From Anaerolineae bacterium (GTDB taxonomy: Bacteria; Chloroflexota; Anaerolineae; Aggregatilineales; Phototrophicaceae): a stretch of 64,000 bases of DNA. The DNA lies in the NCBI GenBank assembly GCA_034437055.1, contig DAOTUQ010000057.1, positions 23,940 to 87,939 of the forward strand, in the 5' to 3' direction. Below the pieces are notes generated by a model that did no database searches, was not told the origin of the DNA, and saw only the letters and a list, made by a program, of their open reading frames with translations. Positions 15,714 through 25,760 of this stretch are shown here, one piece after another. Each line of letters opens with the position of its first letter. The stretch's first letter is position 1. Position numbers and translations under genes: made by a program.

Positions 15714-17978
15714 TCAACTCGACCAGCCTTTAGCCGCGAACGTCGCGGTCTGTTCCGTCTTGGGGATGCGCCACAAGTAGCGGATGATCGCATCGGCGGC
15801 GATGAACATGATGATCAACGCTTGGATGATCTTCACCAAGTCGATGCTGATATCCGCGCGCACCTGCATCAAACCCGCGCCCGACAGCAGCGCGCCCCAC
15901 AGCAGCCCCGCCCAAATCATGCTTTTTGGCTCGGTGCGCGCCAATAACGCCACCGCAATCGCGTCGAAGCCCAATCCGGCGAAAAATTCGGGCTTCATGT
16001 TGTACTGTACCGCTGAAATCTCAATCGATCCCGCCAGTCCCGCCAAGCCGCCGCTGAGCGCCAGCGCCAAAACGATGTTGCGGCGCACGTTCATCCCGGC
16101 GTACTTGGCGGCGTTGGGATTCGTGCCGACGGTGCGCAGTTCAAACCCCGGCGTCGTGCGATTGAGAAACCAATCGGTGAACCAGACGGCAGCCAGCATG
16201 ATCAGGAAGCCGACATGCAGCGCCTCCAAAACCGTCAGCCACGCCAAGAACAGCCCTGCCAAGGTCGTGAAGATGCCCCACACGATAGGACGGATGAATG
16301 ATCGCACTCCCACGCGCCCCTCGCCACTTGGAGCGGGGGAAATCGTGCGGGATGCGCGGTAAATGCCGATCAGCGCCACGATGATTCCCGCCGCGATGAA
16401 CGCCCACGCTGGAATCGCGTCGAAGCGCGGCATGATCGCCGTCTCGGTGATGAACGGCGTGCGCGGCGTGCTGGCATTGGGATCGAGCAGGATGAGCGGA
16501 TCGGTCGATTTGATGATCCAGTCCGTGAAGCGAATGGCGATGTAGTTCAGCATGATCGTCACAATGACTTCGTGCGCGCCCGTGTATGCTTTCAGCAGAC
16601 CGGGAACCGCACCCCACAGCGCGCCGCCCAACATGCCGCACGCGATCATCAGCGGGACGTGCAGCACGACGGGCAGTCCAGCGAAGGCGGGCGCGAACCC
16701 GACCCAGACCGCCAATAAGCCGCCCATGTAAAGCTGTCCCTCCGCGCCGATGTTGAACAAGCCCGCCTTGAAGCCCAACGCCACCGCCAACCCCGCGATA
16801 ATGAACGGGATCGCGCGCACAATCGTGCTTTCCAACTGTGACGGATAGAACAACAGCGTCGAGCCGCCCAAGCGCGCGTACACGACTTCGGCTTCGTCGT
16901 CGCCCGCGTCGTCGGGCGTGTTGTCCGTATCCGCGAGGATGATCCCGACGGGCTGTGTCCCCGCGTCCACGACCAGCCGATTGCCCGGACGCCGCACGAC
17001 CAAGTTGGACGCCAACGCCGCGTCCAGTTCCGTCGTCAGCGCCGTTGAAACATCGTCCGCTGTGAGCAAATCAGCGTCGTACAGCGCGCGCGTGATGGCG
17101 ATCTGTTCGATCAACGCCGGGATATCCAGCCCGCCCGCCGCCGTCAGCCGTTCCGACACCGCCGCCGCCGCGCGCGCCGTCGCTGCCCCGTTCACCTCGC
17201 CCGTGCTGGACGTGATCGCGCCCAGTTCCGCCAGCAAGTCGGCAGCGGTGCTGTCGAGCGCGATGCCCGCTGCTTCCAATGTATCCGCGACTTCCAACGC
17301 GCGCACGACCCGCACGATCCCCGCCGATTCGACCAAACGCAGGGCGTCCAACAGCGCCGCATCGTCCAACTCGTTCGCGGACGGCACGAGTGCGCTGATC
17401 GCGGCGCGGTCGTCCGCGCTCAGTTCAGCTTTTGTGCCATACGTTTCGCCCAAATCGCGGACTTGCGGGCGTTCGAGCGCGTCCAACGCCGCGATGAACG
17501 GTTGCAGCGCGCGCAAGCGTTCGACGCCGATTTCGCGCAGCCCGATTACGCCCACCGTCAGCGCGTTCAGCGTATCGTCGTCCACGTCCCCGAACGGCGC
17601 GAGAGCGGGACTGAAGCGGCGCGCCGCATCGACGCCAAATTCGTCCAAGTTGGACAGTTCGCGCCCCAACGCGCGCAAATCGCCGCGATCCAGCGCCGCC
17701 GACGCCACGAAACCGGACAGCGCCGCGAAATCCTCGCGCGCGACATTCTCGTTGATCGCCAAGCCGACCGAGCCTTCGAGCAGGGCGCTGTACGCCGTAC
17801 CAGCGATGCCGAGTCCGCGCACGATATCGCCGCGCCCGCCCGTGAACACCATGAAAATGACCGTGATGATCAGCGCCGTGATCACCGCCAACAGCGGCGC
17901 GAGTCGCGGCGAAACGCGCGTCCATGCCCGTCCAATGGGCGCAAGTAAAGTCGGCGGCGGCATCGTCGTCTCAGCCAT
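15714..17978 (-). CDS. ABC transporter permease (YufP/NupP-like) with an extracytoplasmic insertion of about 310 aa
   Basis: The C-terminal half is a typical permease (FKAGLFNIGAEGQ...). An Ala/Leu/Asp-rich segment lies between TM1 and TM2. The start was chosen at ATG 17978, which overlaps the ATPase stop by 8 nt; the ORF track starts at 18017. Confidence 0.8.
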   Translation of the reverse strand: MAETTMPPPTLLAPIGRAWTRVSPRLAPLLAVITALIITVIFMVFTGGRGDIVRGLGIAGTAYSALLEGSVGLAINENVAREDFAALSGFVASAALDRGDLRALGRELSNLDEFGVDAARRFSPALAPFGDVDDDTLNALTVGVIGLREIGVERLRALQPFIAALDALERPQVRDLGETYGTKAELSADDRAAISALVPSANELDDAALLDALRLVESAGIVRVVRALEVADTLEAAGIALDSTAADLLAELGAITSSTGEVNGAATARAAAAVSERLTAAGGLDIPALIEQIAITRALYDADLLTADDVSTALTTELDAALASNLVVRRPGNRLVVDAGTQPVGIILADTDNTPDDAGDDEAEVVYARLGGSTLLFYPSQLESTIVRAIPFIIAGLAVALGFKAGLFNIGAEGQLYMGGLLAVWVGFAPAFAGLPVVLHVPLMIACGMLGGALWGAVPGLLKAYTGAHEVIVTIMLNYIAIRFTDWIIKSTDPLILLDPNASTPRTPFITETAIMPRFDAIPAWAFIAAGIIVALIGIYRASRTISPAPSGEGRVGVRSFIRPIVWGIFTTLAGLFLAWLTVLEALHVGFLIMLAAVWFTDWFLNRTTPGFELRTVGTNPNAAKYAGMNVRRNIVLALALSGGLAGLAGSIEISAVQYNMKPEFFAGLGFDAIAVALLARTEPKSMIWAGLLWGALLSGAGLMQVRADISIDLVKIIQALIIMFIAADAIIRYLWRIPKTEQTATFAAKGWSS

Positions 17979-19695
17979 TGAATTTGTCCTTCCGCGTGGG
18001 GTCGGTGGCTGCCGCACGCAAAGTATCGACCGCCGCTTCGCGTTGGGCTTCGTCCGTCAGATCGCGCACTAACGTGCGTTCCTGCGTGTTCGCCGCGCCC
18101 GGATCGCTGACGCCCGCCATCATCAAGCCGATGGTGTTACGATCCGCCTGTGCGATGGGCAGCACACCCAAGATTTCGCCGCCGTACATGACCGCCACGC
18201 GGTCGCTGAGTGACAAAATCTCATCCAATTCGGCGGACACGAGCAAGACCGCCGTCCCCGCATCGCGCATCTTGATGATCTGTTTATGGATGAACTCAAT
18301 CGAGCCGACATCCAAGCCGCGCGTCGGCTGGGCGACGATGAGCAAGCGCAGATCGCGGGAAAATTCGCGCGCGACGATCACTTTTTGCTGATTGCCGCCG
18401 GACAGCTTGCCAATCGGGACATTGATTCCCGGCGTGCGCACATCATACTGCTTGACCAATCGGGTGGCGTTCGCATCGATGGCGCGGTCATTGGCGAGAA
18501 TGCCGATGGAGAAGGGGCCCAAATAATACGTTTGCAAAACGAGGTTGTCTTTGATCGGAAATGGCGCAACCATACCGTTCTTCTGGCGATCTTCGGGGAC
18601 ATGCGCGACACCCGTTTCGGTGATTGTGCGCGGCGTCGCGTGGCTGCGTTCCTGTTCAGCGATGTGGATGTATCCACCAAGAATCGGGCGTAATCCGGTG
18701 ATCGCCTCGATCAATTCGGTCTGTCCGTTGCCCTGCACGCCCGCGATGCCGACGATTTCGCCCGCGCACACATCCAGCGACAGATGTTTGACCGCTTGCA
18801 GCCGCCGATCATCCTCCACAACCAGATCGCGGATTTGGAGGATCGCCGCGCCCGGCTGTGCGGGCGATTTATCGACTTGCAAGATCACCTGTCGCCCCAC
18901 CATCAATTCCGCCAGCGAGGCTTCGGTGCTGTCGCGCGGATCGGCTTGTCCGACGACGCTGCCCGTGCGCAAGACCATGACGCGCGTGCAGATTTCCAAC
19001 ACTTCTTTGAGCTTATGCGAGATGAAGATGATGCTGACGCCGCGCGCCAACAGCGCCCGCATGATGCCGAACAAGCCTTGGGCTTCTTGCGGCGTCAGGA
19101 CGGCAGTTGGTTCGTCCAAAATCAGAAGATCGCACTTGCGATACAGCGCCTTGATGATCTCGACGCGCTGCTGCACGCCAACGGGCAAATCTTGGATCAG
19201 CGCGTCGGGATCGACATCGAGTCCGTACTGCGCCGCGATCTCGATGATACGCTTGCGCGCCGCGCGCTTGTCCAGAAACAGCCCGCGCACCGTCTCGTTG
19301 CCAAGCATGATGTTTTCGGTCACGCTCAGGATGGGGACGAGTTGGAAGTGTTGATGTACCATGCCGATGCCCAAGCGGATCGCGTCGTTGGGGTTGTGAA
19401 TGTCGGCGCGCTGCCCGTTGACGAAGATATCGCCGTCGTCGGGCGTGTATAAGCCGTAGATCAGGTTCATCAGCGTGCTTTTGCCCGCGCCGTTCTCGCC
19501 CAACAGCCCCAAGACCTCGCCTTTGTACAGCGTCAGGTTGATGCAATCACAGGCTTTCACACCGGGAAAGTACTTGGAGACATTGCGAACTTCCAGCGCG
19601 ATTTCTTTTGCTGCGCCGTTCGCGGGGGGGACGGCGGGTTGTGCCGCGCTCGGTTGCGAACGTTTTGCCGCGCTCGGCATACCGTTTAGCGCCAT
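17971..19695 (-). CDS. ABC transporter ATP-binding protein with duplicated ATPase domains (RbsA/YufO-like)
   Basis: First Walker A GENGAGKST. Signatures LPVGVQQRVEI and LSGGNQQKVIVA. Walker B LILDEPT and LLIVAQPTRGLD. Confidence 0.92.
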   Translation of the reverse strand: MALNGMPSAAKRSQPSAAQPAVPPANGAAKEIALEVRNVSKYFPGVKACDCINLTLYKGEVLGLLGENGAGKSTLMNLIYGLYTPDDGDIFVNGQRADIHNPNDAIRLGIGMVHQHFQLVPILSVTENIMLGNETVRGLFLDKRAARKRIIEIAAQYGLDVDPDALIQDLPVGVQQRVEIIKALYRKCDLLILDEPTAVLTPQEAQGLFGIMRALLARGVSIIFISHKLKEVLEICTRVMVLRTGSVVGQADPRDSTEASLAELMVGRQVILQVDKSPAQPGAAILQIRDLVVEDDRRLQAVKHLSLDVCAGEIVGIAGVQGNGQTELIEAITGLRPILGGYIHIAEQERSHATPRTITETGVAHVPEDRQKNGMVAPFPIKDNLVLQTYYLGPFSIGILANDRAIDANATRLVKQYDVRTPGINVPIGKLSGGNQQKVIVAREFSRDLRLLIVAQPTRGLDVGSIEFIHKQIIKMRDAGTAVLLVSAELDEILSLSDRVAVMYGGEILGVLPIAQADRNTIGLMMAGVSDPGAANTQERTLVRDLTDEAQREAAVDTLRAAATDPTRKDKFNG

Positions 19696-19727
19696 GAGGA
19701 ACTCCTATCGGATGGTTGTATGCAGGG

Positions 19728-19757
19728 ATTATAACGTGTGCGAAAGGTCGGGGACAA
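19728..19757 (-). promoter_or_regulatory. Candidate sigma-70-type promoter for the ABC ATPase operon
   Basis: On the minus strand, TTGTCC (19757-19752), an 18-nt spacer and TATAAT (19733-19728), about 30 nt before an AGGAG RBS and ATG 19695. Confidence 0.4.
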
Positions 19758-19864
19758 ACGATGCGCACGACAATAAAATGACCCTCACGATTGTGGCAGG
19801 ATCATCTCAAGGCTACTGCTGCTTTGCTGTCGGACGACGATTTCGGTTGTCCCTAACCTACTGG

Positions 19865-20758
19865 TTATCCCTTGACCGCGCCCGCCGTCAAGCCCTCAAC
19901 GATGCGCCGTTGGAAGACCAACACCAACACGATCAGCGGGATCGTCACGACCACGGACGCCGCCATGATCTCCGCCAGCGGATACTGGCGCGAGATGCGC
20001 CCGCTGAACAGCGCAATCGCCACTGGCACGGTCTGCGCCGATGGATTGATGCTGGTGAACGTCAGCGCGAACAGATATTCGTTCCACGCCGAGATGAACG
20101 ACAGCAGCCCCGTTGTGACCAGCGCGGGCGCGGTCAGCGGCAGCAGGATCATGTAAAACGTCTGAAAGCCCGTCGCGCCATCGACCAACGCTGCCTGTTC
20201 GAGTTCGGCGGGCAAGCCTTTGAAAAAGCTGGTCAATGTCCAGACGGTGAACGGCAGCGTGATCAGCGGGTAGGTCACGATCAGCGACCCCAACGATCCG
20301 AACAAGCCCAAGCCATTGACGATGGAAAACAAGCCGGACAGGATCGAAATTTGCGGGAACATGGTCATTGCCAACACCAAATACAGCATGACCGTGCGCC
20401 CTTTGAATTGCAGCCGTCCGAGCGAATATGCCGCGAATGACCCGATCACCAGCGCCATGAGCGTCGTCGATCCGGCGACAATCGCGCTGTTGGCGAGACC
20501 GCGCAGAAATTGATCGTTGGCGAACACCGACTCGTAGTTGATCAGCGTCGGGTTCTGCGGGACGTAGGTCGCCAGACCGAACAATTCCGTCTCCGACTTC
20601 AGCGATGTGTTGATCGCCCAGTAGAACGGAAACAGCGTGTAAATCAGGATGATGGCGATCAAAATCCAAAACCCGACGCGCCCGGCGGTCTGCTGCCAAC
20701 TGGCGCGCTGTTTGCTGGTCGTTTGTGTCCCCGCGCGGGGGAGTGTGGTGGCGCTCAT
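19865..20758 (-). CDS. Carbohydrate ABC transporter permease (MalG-like)
   Basis: Six-TM binding-protein-dependent permease with an EAA-like loop (AELEQAALVDGATGFQTFYMILLP). Confidence 0.88.
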   Translation of the reverse strand: MSATTLPRAGTQTTSKQRASWQQTAGRVGFWILIAIILIYTLFPFYWAINTSLKSETELFGLATYVPQNPTLINYESVFANDQFLRGLANSAIVAGSTTLMALVIGSFAAYSLGRLQFKGRTVMLYLVLAMTMFPQISILSGLFSIVNGLGLFGSLGSLIVTYPLITLPFTVWTLTSFFKGLPAELEQAALVDGATGFQTFYMILLPLTAPALVTTGLLSFISAWNEYLFALTFTSINPSAQTVPVAIALFSGRISRQYPLAEIMAASVVVTIPLIVLVLVFQRRIVEGLTAGAVKG

Positions 20759-22284
20759 TCGGCACTGACTCCCAAAATACGAACATACCCAACGGTAAAC
20801 AGCAGGATGATGATGAAGATCACCACGCCAATCGCGGACGCATAGCCCAATTCTTGGCTGGAGACCAGCGTGTAATAATTGTACGTCGCCATCGAAAGCC
20901 GCTGCCGCTCCAACAGCACTTGGAACACATCGAACACGCGCACCGCGTCGAGCGTGCGGAACACCAATGCAACCGCAACCGTCGGGCGTAAGAGCGGGAG
21001 GGTGAGCTGGAAGAACTGGCGCATCTTGTTCGCGCCGTCCACGTCCGCCGCTTCATAGATATCGCCGGGGATCGTCTGTAAGCCCGCCAGCAGGATCAGC
21101 GCCATGAACGGTGTCGTTTTCCAGACATCGATGGCGATCAGCGCCGGAATTTGCAAGTTCGTCTGTGCCAACCACGCTTGCGACTGGGCGATGAAGCCGA
21201 TGCGGATTAAAAAGTCGTTGACCACGCCAGAGCGATTGTCTTGCAGCATCACATCCCACAGCTTGGCGCTGACAATCGTCGGGATCGCCCACGGCACCAG
21301 CATCGCCGCGCGCATGATGCCGCGTCCGGGAAACTTCGAGTTGATCACCATCGCCACGAACAAGCCGAAGATCAATTCGAGCGTGACCGAGATCACAGTG
21401 AACAACAGCGTATTGCCAATCGCCTCGAAGAAATCGCGGTCGCGCGCGCTGATGATGAGCTGCGACGATCCGACCGTGATCACGCCAATATCGCGGAAGC
21501 GCAACTCGCGGTAGCTCTCGTCCAGCACGTCGCGCGGACGCGGATACACGACCGCGCCCGCCTCGTCGATCTGGCAACCGCCCGCATCCAATGGGGTACA
21601 GTCGATCACGTCGAGGCGCACGCCCAACAAGCGGGCATAGTTTTCGATGCCGACGAAGCCGTATTCATCGGCGCTGGCGAAGCGGCGATCAGTCAGGCTG
21701 GCGATGAAGGTGGCTTCGAGCGGGCGCGCCGCTACCAACACCAAGAGGATCAGCGTGGGGACGAGCAAATTCCACGCGCTGCGGGCATTGGTTTGTTCGA
21801 GCGTTTCGATGCCGTCGAAGCGATCTAGGTTCGCGCCGATCCACCAGTAGGCTGCCAGCGTCACCGCCAAGCCCAACGCCAGCCCCAGCCCCAAACCAAA
21901 CGCATCCGGGTCGCTGCTGAAAGCACGATTGAACGCTTGCAGCGTCAGCACCGCCACCAAGACCAGCATCCAGAGCAAGAATTGGCGCGCCCAGACGGCA
22001 GCGACGATATTGCGCCGCATGAAACGCGCTGTCAGACGCAGCAGCCCGATGCCGAAGGCGATTTGCAGGAGCGGGACGACGATGCCATACGTGTTCAAGA
22101 AGCGCAGCAGGGTCGTCCCAAGATTCTCGTCCACCCCGCGCACGTTTAATACCTCGATGATGCCGTTGACGAGCGCGCCGATCAGCCCCAAGCCGATCAG
22201 CGCCAATAAGCCAGCGATCAGCGGCACAGCGTCGAATGTGCGCGCCGCGTCCCCGGCTGGTCGATTCTGTGTCTGTACAGCCAT
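20755..22284 (-). CDS. Carbohydrate ABC transporter permease (MalF-like, extended N-terminus)
   Basis: EAA loop YEAADVDGANKMRQFFQLTLPLL with extra N-terminal TMs. The start was chosen at ATG 22284 (GGGAGA RBS 7 nt upstream). ATGA overlap with the next gene. Confidence 0.85.
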   Translation of the reverse strand: MAVQTQNRPAGDAARTFDAVPLIAGLLALIGLGLIGALVNGIIEVLNVRGVDENLGTTLLRFLNTYGIVVPLLQIAFGIGLLRLTARFMRRNIVAAVWARQFLLWMLVLVAVLTLQAFNRAFSSDPDAFGLGLGLALGLAVTLAAYWWIGANLDRFDGIETLEQTNARSAWNLLVPTLILLVLVAARPLEATFIASLTDRRFASADEYGFVGIENYARLLGVRLDVIDCTPLDAGGCQIDEAGAVVYPRPRDVLDESYRELRFRDIGVITVGSSQLIISARDRDFFEAIGNTLLFTVISVTLELIFGLFVAMVINSKFPGRGIMRAAMLVPWAIPTIVSAKLWDVMLQDNRSGVVNDFLIRIGFIAQSQAWLAQTNLQIPALIAIDVWKTTPFMALILLAGLQTIPGDIYEAADVDGANKMRQFFQLTLPLLRPTVAVALVFRTLDAVRVFDVFQVLLERQRLSMATYNYYTLVSSQELGYASAIGVVIFIIILLFTVGYVRILGVSAE

Positions 22285-22577
22285 GCAAATGTCTCCCGAA
22301 AAAAATCTCTTTTGGGTCGCCACACTTGCCTAAAAAATCGGGGCAACCTCTATCCACCGAAAACGCAACTGAATTCAATCAAACTTTAACGCAGTATGAA
22401 AACAATTGCGACGGAGGAACGCGGGGAGCGGCGAAGCTGCCGATTTTGTACGGGGCTGGCGCGCCGCGCACCCCTGCATGACGCGCGCCCCACGCTTGAT
22501 CGACGCTGATGAGAATCCCACCGATTTGATGTATAGTTAACGCTCACAATATCGTAAATACGTAAGCAGGGAACAGC

Positions 22578-23558
22578 GTGAGCGATTTTTGGCAGGATCA
22601 GCGCGTGGTCGTGACCGGCGGCGCGGGCTTTCTCGGCGCGTTCGTGGTTGAACGGCTGCGCGCGGCGGGCGCGGGCGCGATCAGCGTGCCGCGCAAGGCA
22701 CAATACGACCTGCGCGAACGCACCGCGATCCGCGATCTGCTCCACGCGACGCGCCCGACGATGGTCATTCACCTCGCGGCGACCGTCGGCGGCATCGGCG
22801 CGAACCGCGACCGCCCGGCGGAGTTCTTCTACGAAAACCTGATGATGAGCGCGCAGCTTCTCGATGAGGCGCACCGTGTCGGCGTCGCCAAGTTCGTCGG
22901 CATCGGCACGATCTGCGAATATCCGAAGATCACGCCGCTCCCGTTTCATGAGGACAACTTGTGGGACGGCTATCCTGAGGAAACCAACGCGCCCTACGGC
23001 ATCGCCAAGCGCGCGCTGCTGACGCAGAGCCAGGCGTATCGCCAGCAGTACGGCTTCAACGCGATCCACTTGATGCCCGTCAACCTGTATGGGCCCCGCG
23101 ACAACTTCGATTTGAAAACGTCGCATGTGATTCCGGCGCTGATCCGCAAGAGCATGGAGGCGAAGGCGCGCGGCGATCATGAAATCGTCGTCTGGGGCGA
23201 CGGCACGCCCACGCGCGAATTTCTGTACGTTGAGGATGCCGCCGAAGCCATCGTCATGGCGGCGGAACGTTACAACGACGGCGATCCGGTCAATTTGGGC
23301 AGCGGCACGGAGATCAGCATCCGCGACTTGGTGAACACCATCACGCGGCTCGTCGGCTTCGAGGGCGACTTGGTGTGGGACACGGATAAGCCGAACGGAC
23401 AGCCGCGCCGCCGCTTGGATGTGCAGCGCGCGCAAGAACGCTTCGGCTTCAAAGCGCATACCGCGTTCGAGGACGGCTTGCGCAAGACAGTGGAATGGTA
23501 TCAAGCGCAAGTCATGACTACAGAGTCCTCAGCAGGAATAAGCGCCCATCGTGGCTAA
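22578..23558 (+). CDS. fcl: GDP-L-fucose synthase-like NAD-dependent epimerase/reductase
   Basis: [34 protein letters not shown] and [21 protein letters not shown] start. Confidence 0.8.
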   Translation: MSDFWQDQRVVVTGGAGFLGAFVVERLRAAGAGAISVPRKAQYDLRERTAIRDLLHATRPTMVIHLAATVGGIGANRDRPAEFFYENLMMSAQLLDEAHRVGVAKFVGIGTICEYPKITPLPFHEDNLWDGYPEETNAPYGIAKRALLTQSQAYRQQYGFNAIHLMPVNLYGPRDNFDLKTSHVIPALIRKSMEAKARGDHEIVVWGDGTPTREFLYVEDAAEAIVMAAERYNDGDPVNLGSGTEISIRDLVNTITRLVGFEGDLVWDTDKPNGQPRRRLDVQRAQERFGFKAHTAFEDGLRKTVEWYQAQVMTTESSAGISAHRG

Positions 23559-24183
23559 AAAAACCCTGATGCGCCGCGATCCGCAGCTAGGAATTGAGCC
23601 GTTCAGCGAGGCGGAAATTCAAGGGCGCGCGCCCGATTGGTACGATCTGTGGCGTGAACGCATCCGCAATTGGATCATGCGCGGTGCCGATGAACAGATC
23701 GCGCGCATCGTGCTGCTCGTCCCTGACCTGCTGCTGCTGGTCGTGCGCCTCGCGCGAGATCAGCGCGTGCCATTTTTGCTCAAGGCACAGCTCCTCTTGG
23801 CGGCGGCATACGTCATCAGCCCGATTGATCTGATGCCAGAGGCGGTCTTGAGTGTCTTGGGCTTGGCGGATGATGCGGGCGTTTTGGCGCTCGTGTTGAT
23901 GTTCATCAGCGGAATGCGTGGCGTCGACGAGCAAATTTTAAGCGACAATTGGTCAGGATCGGGCAATGTCCAACAGGTGATCGGCGGGCTGCATCAGCAG
24001 GTCGTTGACAACGCCGATAAGCTGTTTAGTCCGGTCGTCTGGGCAAAAATGCGCGCCCGCTTCGGACAATCGCCTAAGGGAATCGGGCGCACGCCAAAAC
24101 GGCGCTTGCCCCGACTGAAGCTGCGCGGCAAAGCTGCGTCTGCGCGGCGTGAAGGGGACGACCATGCCGCTCGTCTCGCATAA
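23551..24183 (+). CDS. DUF1232/YkvA-family membrane protein
   Basis: [36 protein letters not shown] is the DUF1232 signature. The start is ambiguous (GTG 23551 or ATG 23569). Confidence 0.7.
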   Translation: MAKKTLMRRDPQLGIEPFSEAEIQGRAPDWYDLWRERIRNWIMRGADEQIARIVLLVPDLLLLVVRLARDQRVPFLLKAQLLLAAAYVISPIDLMPEAVLSVLGLADDAGVLALVLMFISGMRGVDEQILSDNWSGSGNVQQVIGGLHQQVVDNADKLFSPVVWAKMRARFGQSPKGIGRTPKRRLPRLKLRGKAASARREGDDHAARLA

Positions 24184-25150
24184 TCCCGATTTTGATGTTC
24201 AGAACCGTATAAGCCACATTCCCGTACTCCTCGATCTCGTCCTGAATACGCTGCTCCCGCCCGACGCTGCACCGGAGCGCGATCCCGCCTCGCTGCGTGC
24301 GATTGATGGCACTGTGGGCGCGGGTGGACACGGTGCGGCGCTGTTGGCGCGCGGCGTCGGATCGCTGCTCGGACTCGACCTCGATCCAGTTGCGCTGAAG
24401 CTCGCGGCGGGTGCGCTCGAACCGTATGGCGCACGCGCGACGCTCGTTCATGCGTCCTATACGGCGATGGCGGACGCGGCGCGCGACCACGGTTGGGATG
24501 GCGTCGATATCATCCTGCTCGATTTGGGCGTCTCATCCATGCAGTTCGATACGCCAGAACGCGGTTTCGCCTTCCGCCACGATGCGCCGCTGGATATGCG
24601 CTTCGATCCGGAGTCGGGCGGTGTGACGGCGGCGGATTTGGTCAACACGCTCGATGATCGCGCGTTAGCCGATATTTTGTATCGCTACGGCGAAGAACGC
24701 GAGAGTCGCCGGATCGCACGGGCGATCATGGCGGCGCGTCCACTGCACACCACGCGCGCATTGGCGGACGTGATCGAACGCGAAATCCCGCGCTATCAGC
24801 GGAAAAGTGACATTCATCCAGCGACCAAGACGTTTCAGGCATTGCGCATCGCGGTCAACGATGAACTGGCGTCGGTTGAGGCGGTCATTCCGACGGCATT
24901 TGACCTGCTGCGTCCGGGCGGACGACTGGGCATCATCAGCTTTCACAGCTTGGAAGATCGGATCGTCAAAGATGCGTTCAAATTGGCGGCGACGGATTGT
25001 ATCTGTCCGCCGCGCATCCCAATCTGCGTGTGCGGACACCATGCGACCGTCGCGCTGATCACGCGCAAGCCGTTGATCGCGGACGACGCCGAGATCGCGC
25101 TCAATCCGCGCAGCCGGAGCGCGAAATATCGCGTGGTGGAAAAACTTTAA
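24164..25150 (+). CDS. rsmH: 16S rRNA (cytosine1402-N4)-methyltransferase
   Basis: HIPVLL, DGTVGAGGH, LLDLGVSSMQFD and FHSLEDRIVK. ATG 24164 has a GAAGGGGA RBS. No mraZ or fts genes follow. Confidence 0.92.
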   Translation: MPLVSHNPDFDVQNRISHIPVLLDLVLNTLLPPDAAPERDPASLRAIDGTVGAGGHGAALLARGVGSLLGLDLDPVALKLAAGALEPYGARATLVHASYTAMADAARDHGWDGVDIILLDLGVSSMQFDTPERGFAFRHDAPLDMRFDPESGGVTAADLVNTLDDRALADILYRYGEERESRRIARAIMAARPLHTTRALADVIEREIPRYQRKSDIHPATKTFQALRIAVNDELASVEAVIPTAFDLLRPGGRLGIISFHSLEDRIVKDAFKLAATDCICPPRIPICVCGHHATVALITRKPLIADDAEIALNPRSRSAKYRVVEKL

Positions 25151-25312
25151 CCTCACCCCCCCCGTCCCGCTCTCCATGTAGAGCTGAGGGGAACGCTCGA
25201 CGGGGACTCCCCCTCTCCGGTACGGCGTGAGGGGGTTGGGGGGTGAGGTCAATGCGGGAGCAACTCAAACTTGTCCGCTCCTCAGCAGCCATCTGGAGAG
25301 AGGGAGATTGCC
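25149..25312. repeat. Composite intergenic palindromic repeat (family copy R1)
   Basis: Outer stem CCTCACCCCCC / GGGGGGTGAGG, and inner hairpins GCTCT-N6-AGAGC and CCCCTC-N13-GAGGGG. The module GGTGAGGTCAATGCGGGAGCAACTCAAACTTGTCC is also present twice at 62483-62593. Confidence 0.85.
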
Positions 25313-25760
25313 CACACGCGCGCCGCGCCAACTTGTGCCGATTCGTCCGAGCCGCATAAGTAGCACACGATGCGCGTTCCCGCTTGAAAATATTCGCGCG
25401 CTTGTTTCAAAACATCTTCGTCGGGCGCGCCGTCAACTTCGACGCCCTCCAATCCGCCGGCGCGCGCCTTTGAGATTACCCCACGTCGGGCTGTCGAACC
25501 GTGCGCGGCGCGAGTTTGTAGCCGCCGTCGGCACCGCTCACGTATCCAAGCTCGTTGGGAATGACGATGGCGTTCACAAAGTAAAGAATGCGTCCCCCAG
25601 TGACGGTGTTTACTCGTCTCGATGATGGCATTTCCACGATCTCCCCGTCATCCAATTCCAAGCGGCGCTCTTGGTTCTCTGGCAAATGGGCGATCTCGAA
25701 AAATGTTTCTGACGTCAATCGTTGGTGATCGGCGACAACCATTATTTTCGCTCCGTTCAT
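25282..25760 (-). pseudogene. Uma2 family endonuclease, frameshifted and internally deleted
   Basis: The N-terminal 94 aa are intact (FFEIAHLPENQERRLELDDGEIVEMP...RQPDVG) and then hit a stop. The rest (VISKARA...GAPDEDVLKQAREYFQAGTRIV) continues in another frame. It lacks the PDLAIEV..SP core and runs into repeat R1. Confidence 0.65.

Noticed and set aside
19696-19864. Possible riboswitch or leader upstream of the nucleoside-type ABC ATPase
   Set aside because: The predicted promoter leaves only about 25 nt of 5' UTR, and I could not fold a conserved-looking aptamer from the remaining sequence.
22386-23510. 374-aa minus-strand ORF
   Set aside because: It is antisense to the fcl-like gene, which has clear Rossmann and SDR motifs. 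Its composition is Arg/Ala/His-rich nonsense.
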